From the NCBI GenBank assembly GCA_013416795.1, contig RQSC01001207.1, positions 1-50,972 on the forward strand: a stretch of DNA of 50,972 bases, in the 5' to 3' direction. Position 1 is the stretch's first letter, and the number at the start of each line of letters is the position of its first letter. The DNA is from Prasinococcaceae sp. CCMP 1430. Lineage: Eukaryota > Plantae > Prasinodermophyta. The notes under the pieces are model-generated. The model worked only from the letters and a program-made list of their open reading frames with translations, was not told where the DNA came from and searched no databases. The position numbers were made by a program, and so were the translations under genes. This document shows, piece after piece, positions 29,371-39,433 of the stretch.

Positions 29371-29389
29371 NNNNNNNNNNNNNNNNNNN
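29371..29389. other. Assembly gap (19 N)
   Basis: Run of N; single N also at 5370 and 47227. Confidence 1.
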
Positions 29390-29427
29390 GCTGAGGGGGG
29401 ACGATCGGTGGGCGCGGGCCGCGAGCG

Positions 29428-30477
29428 ATGGCGCGTGGGGCGCGCCAGGCGCTGCCGCTGCTGCTCGCTGCGGTGGCGGCGGCGGCCACGGCGGCGCGGA
29501 TGGCGGCGGCGCGTTCCCCCGCGCGAAGCGCAGTCGAGCTGCACAGCCACTACTACGACATCTTCCCCTCGCGCAACCGAAACGCGGCGTCGCATAAGTG
29601 GGTCACCCACGTCCTGCGCGATGCTACAGAGTTGCGGCGCAGTGAGCTCGAGTCGGTGCTGTCCGGCTTCTGTGCCGTCTCGGGCAGCCCAGTGCGCCCC
29701 ACCAAATACAATCGCTACCGGTACCGCCTGCCGCTCGCCGGGGGCGGCGCCATCACTGGCGACACGTACCACTGCTGCTGGCCGTGCGTCTGTGACGTGG
29801 AGGTGCGCACTTGCGCGCGCGCGCGCACGCATGCACTCGCGCACGCGAGCACGCGTGCTGCGCCTTCGTTCGGGGCTGACGCGTCCCTCGCCTCGGCGCT
29901 GCCTCCCCTCCCCCTTTCCCCCGCTGCATAGGACTTTCTCATGGTCGACTACGTCGATGGCGTGGTGACCCGCGACAGCGGGCCCGACGGGGAGGCGATG
30001 CCGTTCCTCGCGATGGGCGATCCGTGCGCAAACGAAGAGGCGCTGATGCAGCCGTTCATTCAGCCTTTCGACCGCCGCGAAACCACCCTGTGGCGTGAGG
30101 CACCCGAGGTCCGCTGCGAGGGCGGCAAGCTGCGAGGAGCCACGTACACGCGACGAGGTCTCGTCGCAATTGGCGTGTTTGCCCTGGCAGAGGATGAAGC
30201 GGTCGCAGGCGATGGACTGCTCTCAATGGATGGATCATACGCGGACGATGGGCCGCTCGTTGTTGCCAGCCCGCAGCCGGGGCGCGTCACGGTCACGGCG
30301 ACGGGGCTAGCCGTACAGCTGGAGGGCGAGTACGCGACCCAGTGCTACGATCGTGAGCTGGCTGGTTTCAACAGCGGCATGGGCGAGATCTTCCGTCGTG
30401 TCGCGGCCATCAACCCTCCCAAGTTGAGTGCGCCGCGCTGCGAAAGTGAGGGTGTGTGCCTCGAGCCTGCTCAATAG
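29428..30477 (+). CDS. Uncharacterised, probably secreted Cys-rich protein (FCAVSGSP, CCWPCVCD), 2 exons (29428-29802, 29932-30477)
   Basis: Hydrophobic signal-peptide-like N-terminus; GT-AG intron 29803-29931 with CTGAC, phase 0, giving ...CVCDVE|DFLMVD...; coding-like codon usage. Confidence 0.75.
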
Positions 30478-30599
30478 TGCGATTGTGTCCAAAGTAATCT
30501 CGCGTGGAAATGCCGCCTGCAATCCGACGACGCGCAACACCTGGCGACGCCGCGAGTGGCAAGGAATCGATGGTATTACGTCCGCGGCCGGCGTACATG

Positions 30600-32290
30600 T
30601 CAGGTGCTCGCCCTGCTCCGACCCCGGGCAGCCCCCCCCAGCAGCGGCCGCGACTCTGGGTCGCCCGCTCCGCACGCGCGCTCGCCGTCGCGCAGCCATG
30701 TCTCGATGCGCCACCCTGCGCAGAGCGCTCGCCAGATGTTGAGCACGCCCTTGGCCACCCACACGGCCCCGAGCGCCGAATGAGCCGGGGCAAGCGCGCG
30801 CCCCGCCGCGAGCGCGGGCGCGAACAAGGCGATCGTGCCGACCAGGAAAAAGTTGCGGATAAATTTCCACCACTGGCCGGCCGCCAGTAGGCCGTCCTGC
30901 ACGAAGACGACGCTGTTGAGGACCTGCACGGCAGCGAGGTAAGGCCAGAGCCACGTTCGCAGGGTGTCCTTGGCCTCCTCGTCACTCCCGAGGAACAGAG
31001 TCTGCAGCTCTTCCTCCAGGCACCAGAAGAGCACGCCAGCGAGGACGCCAACCGCAACGCCGGCGAGCAGCAATCTGTTGCAAGCTCGGCGCAGGGCGGC
31101 AGAGAGGGAGCGCGCGGTGTCGCCGTCCCCATCTGCCAACGCGCGGTCGCGTGCAGCGGCGATGCGCGGGCACAATACCGTGCCGGCGGTGGCGAATCCG
31201 TCCGCCAGATACGAGGTCATCATCCACAGCTGCGTGACGACCGCGTGCGCGTCGAAGGCTGCCTCGCCGAGCGACCGCGCGAAGCACATTGCAGCCACGA
31301 AGCTGAGCTTCAGCATGGCCGAACGAACCAGCATGTCTGCGCCATCGGCAGCGAATTTGCGCAAAAACGCGCCAAAAGGCGCCGGTGGCGCGGGGACGTC
31401 GCCCTGGCCGTCACCGCCGCCTTCGGCGCTCTCCGCGGCACACTCGTCGCCGTCGTCGTCACGCCTCACCGCCAGCACGTTGCGCCGCGGGCACCCATCC
31501 GGAGGCAGCGCCGCAACCAGTGCCCAGCCCAGCGCCGCGGCGGCCGCCGCCGTGGCGAGCGTCCCAATGCCAACTCCCAAGAGGCCCTGCCGCGTGACGT
31601 ACAGCGCGCCCGCCGCACTGGCGATGCCGCCGGCCGCCTTGGCGACACGCAGCACCGCCGCGGCGCCCACGCGGCCGTTTCCTTGCAGCACCCCCGCCGC
31701 GGCGCTCACCAGCAGCTCGAAGGGCGCAGACGCCGCGAGGCAGAGCCAAAGCGCCGTGGCTCCCGCCGCATGCAGCCCAAGCACATGCACGCCGCCTCGC
31801 GCGCTCGCCGCCAGCGCGACGGCCGCCACGAAACCGCACCCCACGGCAGCGCCCGCGGCAGCGCGTGCCGTCACAGCCGCCTCGCCGTACCGCTGTGCGC
31901 CGACTGCCGCTGCGCATCGCGCGCATACCCTGCTCGTATGCGCGCGAGAGCGAGGGCGAGCGGAAGCAGCGGCGCTGTTAGCAGCGGCGAGCGCGGTGAC
32001 GAGCGATTTGCGCGGCGCGGCGCCCTCCAGGCGCGTGCTGCTGGCGCTATCGGTGCGGGCGATGCTTGCGGACGTACCCGTCCACCAAGAACGCGAACAG
32101 CTGGGTGATGAAGTTGAAGACCGTCGTGGCCGCCGCGTACGCGCCCAGCTCGCCGCGCCGCCCCGTGCGGCCGAGAAGCGCCGTCGTCACCGCGCCGCAC
32201 AACGGCACGGCGACCTGCAGCGCCACCGCCGGCGCCGATACGCCCAGCAGCGCCGCCCAGCGCGCGAGCGACGCCCGCGCCCCCGCCCGC
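30600..32290 (-). CDS. MATE-family efflux transporter, at least 2 exons (intron 31930-32077); start unresolved
   Basis: VTTALLGR...ELGAYAAATTVFNFITQLFAFLVDG|VCARCAAAVG, DMLVRSAMLK, AHAVVTQLWMMTSYLADGFA and QVLNSVVFVQDGLL. Splicing restores the frame. Confidence 0.85.
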
Positions 32291-32685
32291 GCGCCCCATC
32301 GCGCGCAGCTGCGCCGGCCTCGCTGACTCTCTAGCGTCCCATGCGCCGGCCAGCGAGCCGTGTGCAGAGACAGGCGGGACGCGGACGCGTGAGTTGGCAC
32401 TGTAGGTGTACGGGTGTGTATGGGCGTATGGTTGCGTGTGTGTGGAGGGGGGTGGGGTGGGGGGATGGGGGGGGGGTGCCTGCGCGCGGTGTGGCGCATC
32501 GCATCGCACCGTGCAGGACGCAACCAGCCGTTGTCGACGCGCTCTCGTTTTGATAATCAAAATCAAAATGAATGCACTCGGTTCGATTCAGATTCTGCGC
32601 GCGCGCCAGCGGATCGGCAGCGCGGCGCGCCACACCCGCGCGCGCGCTCGCCAGCGGCGCTCCAGCTCGGGCAGGCGGCGTGGGG

Positions 32686-33964
32686 ATGTCGTCGCCGATG
32701 GAGGAGGCCCGGAGGACGTGGCTCACGCCCGAGGAGATTGCCGCCGCGCGCCACTCGCCGGGCAGCGCAAGCAGGTGCGGGCGCGCGCGCGCGCGCGCGC
32801 GCACGCGGAAGTGGGACGCGCGAGGACGCGGCGCGCGCGCGGGCTGTTGACCGGCGGCGCGCGGCGCGGCTCGCGTGCATTTTGGCGGGGCACAGCTCGG
32901 CGACATCGGCGACGAAGCGGACACTGTACGCGCGTCTCGGTGGCGGTGGTAGCCCCTCGCCTCAGCCGAAGCAGGCTCGGCGCTCGCCGGGTGCGGGCAG
33001 CCCGGCAATGTCGCGCGCCGAGGAGAAGAGGGCTGCCGATCGCTGGAAGCACCACGAGAACCCCATGCACGAGGCCGCGCGAGCAGGAGACGTGGAAGGA
33101 GTGCGGGCGCTTCTATCTCTTGCAGCTAGGGATATGACCAACGAAAAGTTTGGCAAGGCAGGCGCATGGGCGGCAGCCAATGCGCGCACCGAGGGCGGAG
33201 CCACCCCGCTGCACGCGGCGGCCGCGCGCGGAAAAGCAGGCGCAATCCGCGAGCTGCTTCGCGCGGGCGCGATGGCTGACATCAGCGATGGCTGCGGTTG
33301 GAGACCTCTGCACTTCGCTGCACTCGCGAATCACGAGGGCGCCATCCGTGCCCTCCTGGAGGAAGGCGGTGCAGACAAAGGTACGCAAGCAAGTGCGCGC
33401 GCGCGCGCACGCATGGCGCGCAGGTGCTGGAGCGCGGGCGAGCGCATCACGCGGGCGTGACCGTCGTGCAGGCGCGTCGTTGCTGACTGCCACTCGTCAT
33501 GGCGTCAACAAGCCGTCTTTACCGAGGACGCAAACCAGGCCTACCCCCGCGCCCCGTGCGACCTCACGGACAGGCAAGATCTCAAGGATTTGCTGGCGCT
33601 CGACCCATCCACGCAGGCGCTCACCAAAGCCGCGCGCGACGAGGCAGCGCGAAAATCTGAGGCGAGCCGGGTGGCCCAACGTGCTGCTGAGACTGCCACT
33701 GCCGCGACGGGCGGCGGTGGCGTCTTTGGGGTCAAGCCGGACACTCGCCGCGGCGCGCAGCGTACCGGGCCTTCCGCAGCGGGCGGCGGCGTGCTGCGTC
33801 TGATCAAGAGGGTCGCCCTCCTCGCAGCCGCTTCGGTGGTCCTTCGGGCAGTGGTCCGCGAGGGATCGGCGAGCACAGGGAACAGTGCCGCTGAGGCGAG
33901 CGCCGCCTCGGAGAACCTGGAGAGCGCACACACGCACACGTGGACAAGGCACGCAGCGTTTTGA
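32686..33964 (+). CDS. Ankyrin-repeat protein with a C-terminal hydrophobic segment, 3 exons (32686-32774, 32896-33380, 33513-33964)
   Basis: NPMHEAARAGDVEGVRALL, GATPLHAAAARG...IRELL and GWRPLHFAALANHEGAIRALL. Two GT-AG introns with phase-consistent joins. C-terminal VALLAAASVVLRAVV. Confidence 0.75.
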
Positions 33965-33998
33965 CTCGTCTAAAGTGCGGACCAGTTATATTTCGTTC

Positions 33999-36509
33999 TC
34001 AGATCCTGAAGCCTATCCCGAAGTGCGTCCGTCCCTTGCCCGCATCGTTCCACGCGTGCTCAAGGCGCAGAGGGCCGATAGGCGTGTCCACGCGCACTCC
34101 GACGCCCGCGCCGTGGCCGTAACCTGGCTTGCCGCGCGCGCCCGCCGGGTTACCCTTGACCTTCGCACCTGTTCCCAGGTCCGAGCCGACGTCAAGAAAC
34201 ACGACGCCCTCCAGCGGGGCGACAAGCGGCACCTGAAGCTCCGCAGAGCCGACCACGTAGTCGCGCCCCGAGCCAACTGCTCCCTCGTCGTAACCGCGCA
34301 CTGAGTTGGTTCCGCCGATGGGAAACGCCTCATGCGGCGGCAGGTCGCCCATCACCTTACCGCCAGCGAATGACACCGCGACAACCACGGGGCCGACCGC
34401 CGCGCCCTTCGCCGCGCGCGCGCGCACTCGGTTGAAGCGAAGCGCACGGTCGCCGATGGGCAACGACTGCTCCGAGGATACCATCATCTGCCCTCCGCTC
34501 CCAGCGCTGTAAATCGCCTCTGCCTTCATGACCGCCATGTGGTCGAAGAAATCGCCGGAGTGCGTCACGGGAAGGCCGAGGGCGTCCTCCTTGATGGCCT
34601 TGCCGGTGTTGTCTGTAGAAAGGCCGCATGCGCGCGCACAGGTGTCAGCGGCGCGACAAAGCACCAGCATGTCATGTCCTGCGGCCATCGCACTCGCGAT
34701 CGACTCGAAGTACGACATCAGAAATCTTGGATTCTGCAGCAGGCTCCATAGGCCTCTGAGTAACACGGACCAAGTAAAATTCATCACATGGGCAGGGTAG
34801 CGCACGCGGGTGTGACACGTTGGGGTGTTGGGAGGAGGGGACTGGAGCTGCTTCCGGCGCAAAACATGACGCACCTCGAACTCCTGCTTGCTGCAGGCTC
34901 ACCCCAAATGTTCCAGCCCACTTGGTGGTCAGTGGGCGGCTCCACTCCACGCCAGCGACTGTGCGCGCAATCGTCAGCTGCTCGCCCAATGGGGACTTGG
35001 CCGCGTCGGCCTCCTCCCCGCCATCCTCTGAAGTGCCATTGGTGGCCTCGGGGGTGCCAGGCCTGGGGGAAGCGCCAGAGGCCGCGTCATCCGCGCGCGA
35101 CCAGCGGCGCATGACCCCAGGACCGAGTGCGGCCGCCATGCCCACACCTGGACTGTTGCTGATCGCGAGGGACTCCTGCTGGTCCTGCGCCGCCTCCGGT
35201 GAGTTGGCCGCGCCGTCGGCGCCACCCTGTACGACGGGGCTGTGCACGTGGTTACCCACCGTGCGCGTGTTCTGCAGCGAGATGGTGCGGCCAGTGCGGT
35301 GCTTGTCGGTGCCGACCCACGGGTCCGAGTGGTGCAGGCGGAAGAGCGTCTCGAGCTGGCCCAGCTCGAGCTTGCAGCTGAGCTTCTGGTTGAGGCCGAA
35401 CAGGTTGTTGTGGCTGTAGTCTGCAGAGCCAACCACGCCACTGAGCGCGCCACGCGTCATTGACGTGGGCGAGATGCCGCCGCCGGCCGAGAAGCCGCCC
35501 GTGGCGCGCTCGACGACGTTCACCTGCAGGTCGATCTGGCCCTCCTCGGGTGCCGGCTTGGGGAGCATGTTGACATCCTCCATGACGGAGGTCTGGTACA
35601 CGGCCTCGACGTCGCGCTTCGCCTGCTGCAGCGAGTACACCTGGCCCGGCTTTGTGCTGATGTGGCGCATGACAATCTCAGGCTTGGTCTTGGCCTCCTG
35701 GACCGGTTCCATGGTTTCCTTGTCCAGGGTGCGCACGCTGACGTTCCTTACGACTGCCTCGGCGACCTTCACATTTGCCACGCCGGCCGCACTCATCTCA
35801 ACGTCGACTACCTGACCGAAGAGACCCCTGGCCTCGTACCAAGAGTTGAGTTTTTCCAGGCCGGCCTTGAACTGCGCGAAGTTCAGCGTACGCCCGTACA
35901 GCTCGGCGAAGACGTCCTCGACGACCACCGCCGGGAGCACTTTGGCGCCCTTCAGCACGACCCCCGTTAGCTCCGGGTTCGGCTCGAGGTTGACGGTCAG
36001 ACGCACGCCGTCGCGCGTGTCCTCCGCCTCAGGCGTACAGCTCGCGAAGTAGCCCGTGGCGAAGATGCGCTCCACGTCCTCCTGGACCTCGCGCAGCGTG
36101 TACGCAAAGTTGGGCTTCACCGACAGGGCGCTGCGCGCGATCGCCTCGAGCGCCTCGTCGCCTTCGGAGCCACGAAGCACGACCTCGCTGTGGGGGCGTC
36201 CAGTGCAGGCGTCGATGTCGAGGCATTAACAGGGCGGGTCAGATCGAATCTCGCGCCACTTTGCCGGGGGGAGGGGGGGGCACGCAGGGCGGCGCGGCGT
36301 TCCGCGCGATTGCGTCCCAACCCTAACATCAAAGCGAACTGTCGCACGCAGCGCGAGTGCGGGCGATCGCCCCCGCGGCGCGGCCCACGCGCGACGCACC
36401 TGATGAGCACGCGCTCATCCTGCTCGGCGACGGGCGCGTCGCTGGCGGACGACGCCTGCTGAGCGGGCGCCGCCGGCGCCGCGGCCGCCGACCGCCCCAC
36501 CCGACACAC
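33999..36509 (-). CDS. OEP80: Chloroplast outer-envelope Omp85/BamA protein OEP80 (Toc75-V); introns 36188-36398 and 34613-34874; start unresolved
   Basis: DERVLIS|EVV...VQEDVERIFATGYF POTRA domains; GGFSAGGGIS, HNNLFGLNQKL and GGTNSVRGYDEGAVGSGR barrel motifs; C-terminal HFGIGF. Confidence 0.92.
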
Positions 36510-36798
36510 AGACGCCGCACCCCCGCACCGCGCGCGCGCTCTGGCCCGCAGCGCGCGCGCCGATCAGATCGCGATCGCATCGCGCCTCCCCCATCAAATT
36601 GCATCGATTGGCGATTGCACTGGGTCCGCCCCTTCATCCGGGTCTGATCCCCCACCACCCCGAGTAACTCGCATGCTTCACCCAGGTCAGTCACGGGTCA
36701 GCCCTGGTCTATCCCCGCAACACCAAAACGCATGCGCTCCGAAATCCGCTGCTGACGCGACGCGTGCGGGCGCGCGGCGTGCATCGCCGCCTGCGACA

Positions 36799-36860
36799 TT
36801 TAGGGTTTTATCCATCTCGCGTCGAAGGTAACGTAATATGATGTAATGAACAAACCCTAA
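36799..36860. promoter_or_regulatory. Pair of telo-box motifs (TTTAGGGTTTT 36799-36809; AAACCCTAA 36852-36860) in the OEP80/DDX27 divergent promoter
   Basis: Exact plant telo-box AAACCCTA in both orientations, 124-185 bp upstream of a ribosome-biogenesis helicase. Confidence 0.6.
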
Positions 36861-36983
36861 TCAGACGACATTCTGCACCCCAATCCGACCAGCCGCCAGG
36901 CACAGCCGCCGCCGGCGGCTGGCGCGGCGCGCGGGGGCACAGCGCGAGCGCTCGGCGGCCCCGCTGGGGGCTCTGGGGCGGCG

Positions 36984-39350
36984 ATGGACCCCTCGTTCCG
37001 CTTCGACGAGGGGGCTCTGGGGGACCGTGGAGCACGGCGAGGGTGCAAGGTCTGCCGCGCGGGGCAGCGTGCGATGGACGGCGGCGGCGGCGCGCACCCG
37101 TGGGAGTTTGCGACGGCGGCGCGCGAGCAGGCGCGCCGCGACGGTGTGGTGGGCACGTCGCTCGACGCCAAGATTGCGGCGCGCAGGGGGCGCGGTGGGG
37201 GGGCGAAGGGTGGTGGGGTGGCGGAGCGGCGCAGGGGCCGGGCGGTTGACGGCGGTGGCTCGGAATCCTCAGAGGAGGAGAGCGGCTCCGACGACGACGA
37301 GGATGATGACGTCGAGGAGGCGTACGAGCAGCGGCGCCAGCGCGGGGGGGCGGCGGGCGGCAACCGGACCGCCGCCACAGCCAAGCAGCTGGTGAAGTCG
37401 ATCGATGACGACGATTCGAGCGATGATGATGGCGAGGAGGAGGGCGGGGAGGAAGACGAGGGGGAGGAGGAGGAGATTGACGAGACGGACGACGAGAGCG
37501 ACGGCGAAGGCCGGGGCCGCCGCGCGGGCGGCCGCGAGAGGAACGAAGCCGTGGTCGCGCCCGCGTCACGCGCGTTCTTCGACGACGCGGCTGCGAAACA
37601 CGCCGTGTTCAGCGCGACGACATTCGGCGAGCTCAACCTGTCCAAGCCGCTGGTGCGCGCTTGCCAGGTGCTCGGGTACAAGCAGCCCACGCCCGTGCAG
37701 GCGGCGTGCATACCGCTTGCGCTCACCGGGCGCGACATATGCGGCTCGGCGGTCACCGGCTCGGGCAAGACGGCCGCATTCATGTTGCCCATTCTCGAGC
37801 GTCTGCTGCATCGAGGAAAGCATACGCGCGCGGCCATCCGCGCGCTGGTGCTCACCCCCGCCCGTGAGCTCGCCGTGCAGGTGCACTCGATGGCGCAAAG
37901 CCTCGGCCGCCACACCGACTCGCGCTGCGCGCTTGCCGTGGGTGGGCTGAGCCTCAAGGTGCAGGAAGCTACGCTGCGCGAGGCGCCCGACGTCGTTGTG
38001 GCCACACCTGGGCGCCTTCTGGATCACCTGCGCAACACCGTGTCGGTGCATCTTGACAACCTGAGCATCCTTGTGATGGACGAGGCGGACCGATTGCTCG
38101 AGATGGGCTTCGAGGGCGAGCTGCGCGAGATCCTGCGGGACTGCCCGCGCCAGCGCCAGACGCTGCTCTTTAGCGCGACCATGACCGACCAGGTGGAGAG
38201 CCTCATTAGGCTCTCGCTACGATCGCCCGTGCGCATCCGCGCGGACCGCGACCACCGGCCGGCGGCCACGCTGACGGAAGAGTTCGTCAAGCTGAAGCGC
38301 GGCCGCGAGCACGAGCGCGAGGCGGTGCTGCTCGCGCTGTGCCTGCGCACCTACCGCTCGCACACCATTGTGTTCGCAAAGACAAAGGTGGCGTGCCACA
38401 GGCTGAAGATCATTCTGGGACTGGCTGGCATCCGCGCGGCCGAGCTACATGGCAACATGACGCAGGCGGGCCGCCTTGAGTCGCTTGAGGCCTTCCGGGT
38501 CGGCGAGGCAGCAATCCTGGTGTGCTCTGACGTCGCCGCGCGGGGGCTCGACATCATGGGCGTCAAGGCCGTCATCAACTTCGAGTGCCCGCAAACGCTG
38601 ACAACGTACACGCATCGCATCGGGCGCACGGCGCGCGCGGGCGCGTCCGGCAGGGCGATCACCATCGCCACCGACGCCGACCGCGCGCTGCTCAAGCAGG
38701 TGTCCAAGCGCTCTGGAGGCAGCCTTCGCGCGCGCCAAATCGCACCCGAGGCCATCGCGTCAGCGAGTGCAGCGGTGGACGGGATGGAGGCAGACATCGA
38801 CGGCATTCTGAGGGAGGAGGGCGAGGAGGCCGCGCTGCGCAAAGCCGAGCAGGAGGCAACCCGCACACAGAACATGCTCACGCACCAGGACGAGATCCTC
38901 TCGCGCCCCAAGCGCACGTGGTATGAGACGGGCAAGGAGAAGCTCAAGCGCATCGAATTTGAGAAGGCGGCGTACAACGCCTCTCAGGGCATCGCGGTGC
39001 CCGAAAACAATAAGGCCGAGAAGAAGCGCAGCCGGAAAGGTGTGGTCGACGAGTCGCGCAACAAGCGCATGCGTGGGGCGGACGATGAGGACATGAGGCT
39101 CATGGCCAAGGCCAAGGGCAGAGTGAGGGCCATCAAATCGGCGGCGCGCAAAGTGGCCAGCGGCACACTCGTCAAGCTTCCGCAGCACACGGGCAAGAAG
39201 AAGAAGAAGCCGGCCCAGACGGCGGACGGCGGCAGCGCGCCAGCGCCGCGCTCGACGTTCGGCGGCAAGGGGAAGGCCAAGGTGCAACACGCCGGCCAGG
39301 CCGCCAAGAAGAAGGGTTTCAAGTCCTCCAAGAAATACAAGCGGCGGTGA
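36984..39350 (+). CDS. DDX27: DEAD-box RNA helicase DDX27/DRS1 (plant RH28-like), 60S biogenesis
   Basis: Acidic N-terminus; Q-motif FGELNLS...GYKQPTPVQ; GSAVTGSGKTAAF, PARELAVQ, TPGRLLDHL, DEAD, SAT and HRIGRTARAG; Lys-rich tail. Confidence 0.92.
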   Translation: MDPSFRFDEGALGDRGARRGCKVCRAGQRAMDGGGGAHPWEFATAAREQARRDGVVGTSLDAKIAARRGRGGGAKGGGVAERRRGRAVDGGGSESSEEESGSDDDEDDDVEEAYEQRRQRGGAAGGNRTAATAKQLVKSIDDDDSSDDDGEEEGGEEDEGEEEEIDETDDESDGEGRGRRAGGRERNEAVVAPASRAFFDDAAAKHAVFSATTFGELNLSKPLVRACQVLGYKQPTPVQAACIPLALTGRDICGSAVTGSGKTAAFMLPILERLLHRGKHTRAAIRALVLTPARELAVQVHSMAQSLGRHTDSRCALAVGGLSLKVQEATLREAPDVVVATPGRLLDHLRNTVSVHLDNLSILVMDEADRLLEMGFEGELREILRDCPRQRQTLLFSATMTDQVESLIRLSLRSPVRIRADRDHRPAATLTEEFVKLKRGREHEREAVLLALCLRTYRSHTIVFAKTKVACHRLKIILGLAGIRAAELHGNMTQAGRLESLEAFRVGEAAILVCSDVAARGLDIMGVKAVINFECPQTLTTYTHRIGRTARAGASGRAITIATDADRALLKQVSKRSGGSLRARQIAPEAIASASAAVDGMEADIDGILREEGEEAALRKAEQEATRTQNMLTHQDEILSRPKRTWYETGKEKLKRIEFEKAAYNASQGIAVPENNKAEKKRSRKGVVDESRNKRMRGADDEDMRLMAKAKGRVRAIKSAARKVASGTLVKLPQHTGKKKKKPAQTADGGSAPAPRSTFGGKGKAKVQHAGQAAKKKGFKSSKKYKRR

Positions 39351-39433
39351 CCCGTGCTGCGCGAGAACTTTGTAAAACTACGCTGGCATTCTCACTCGAG
39401 CGCACGGCGGGCGGAGGATTGCATCCGGTGCTC

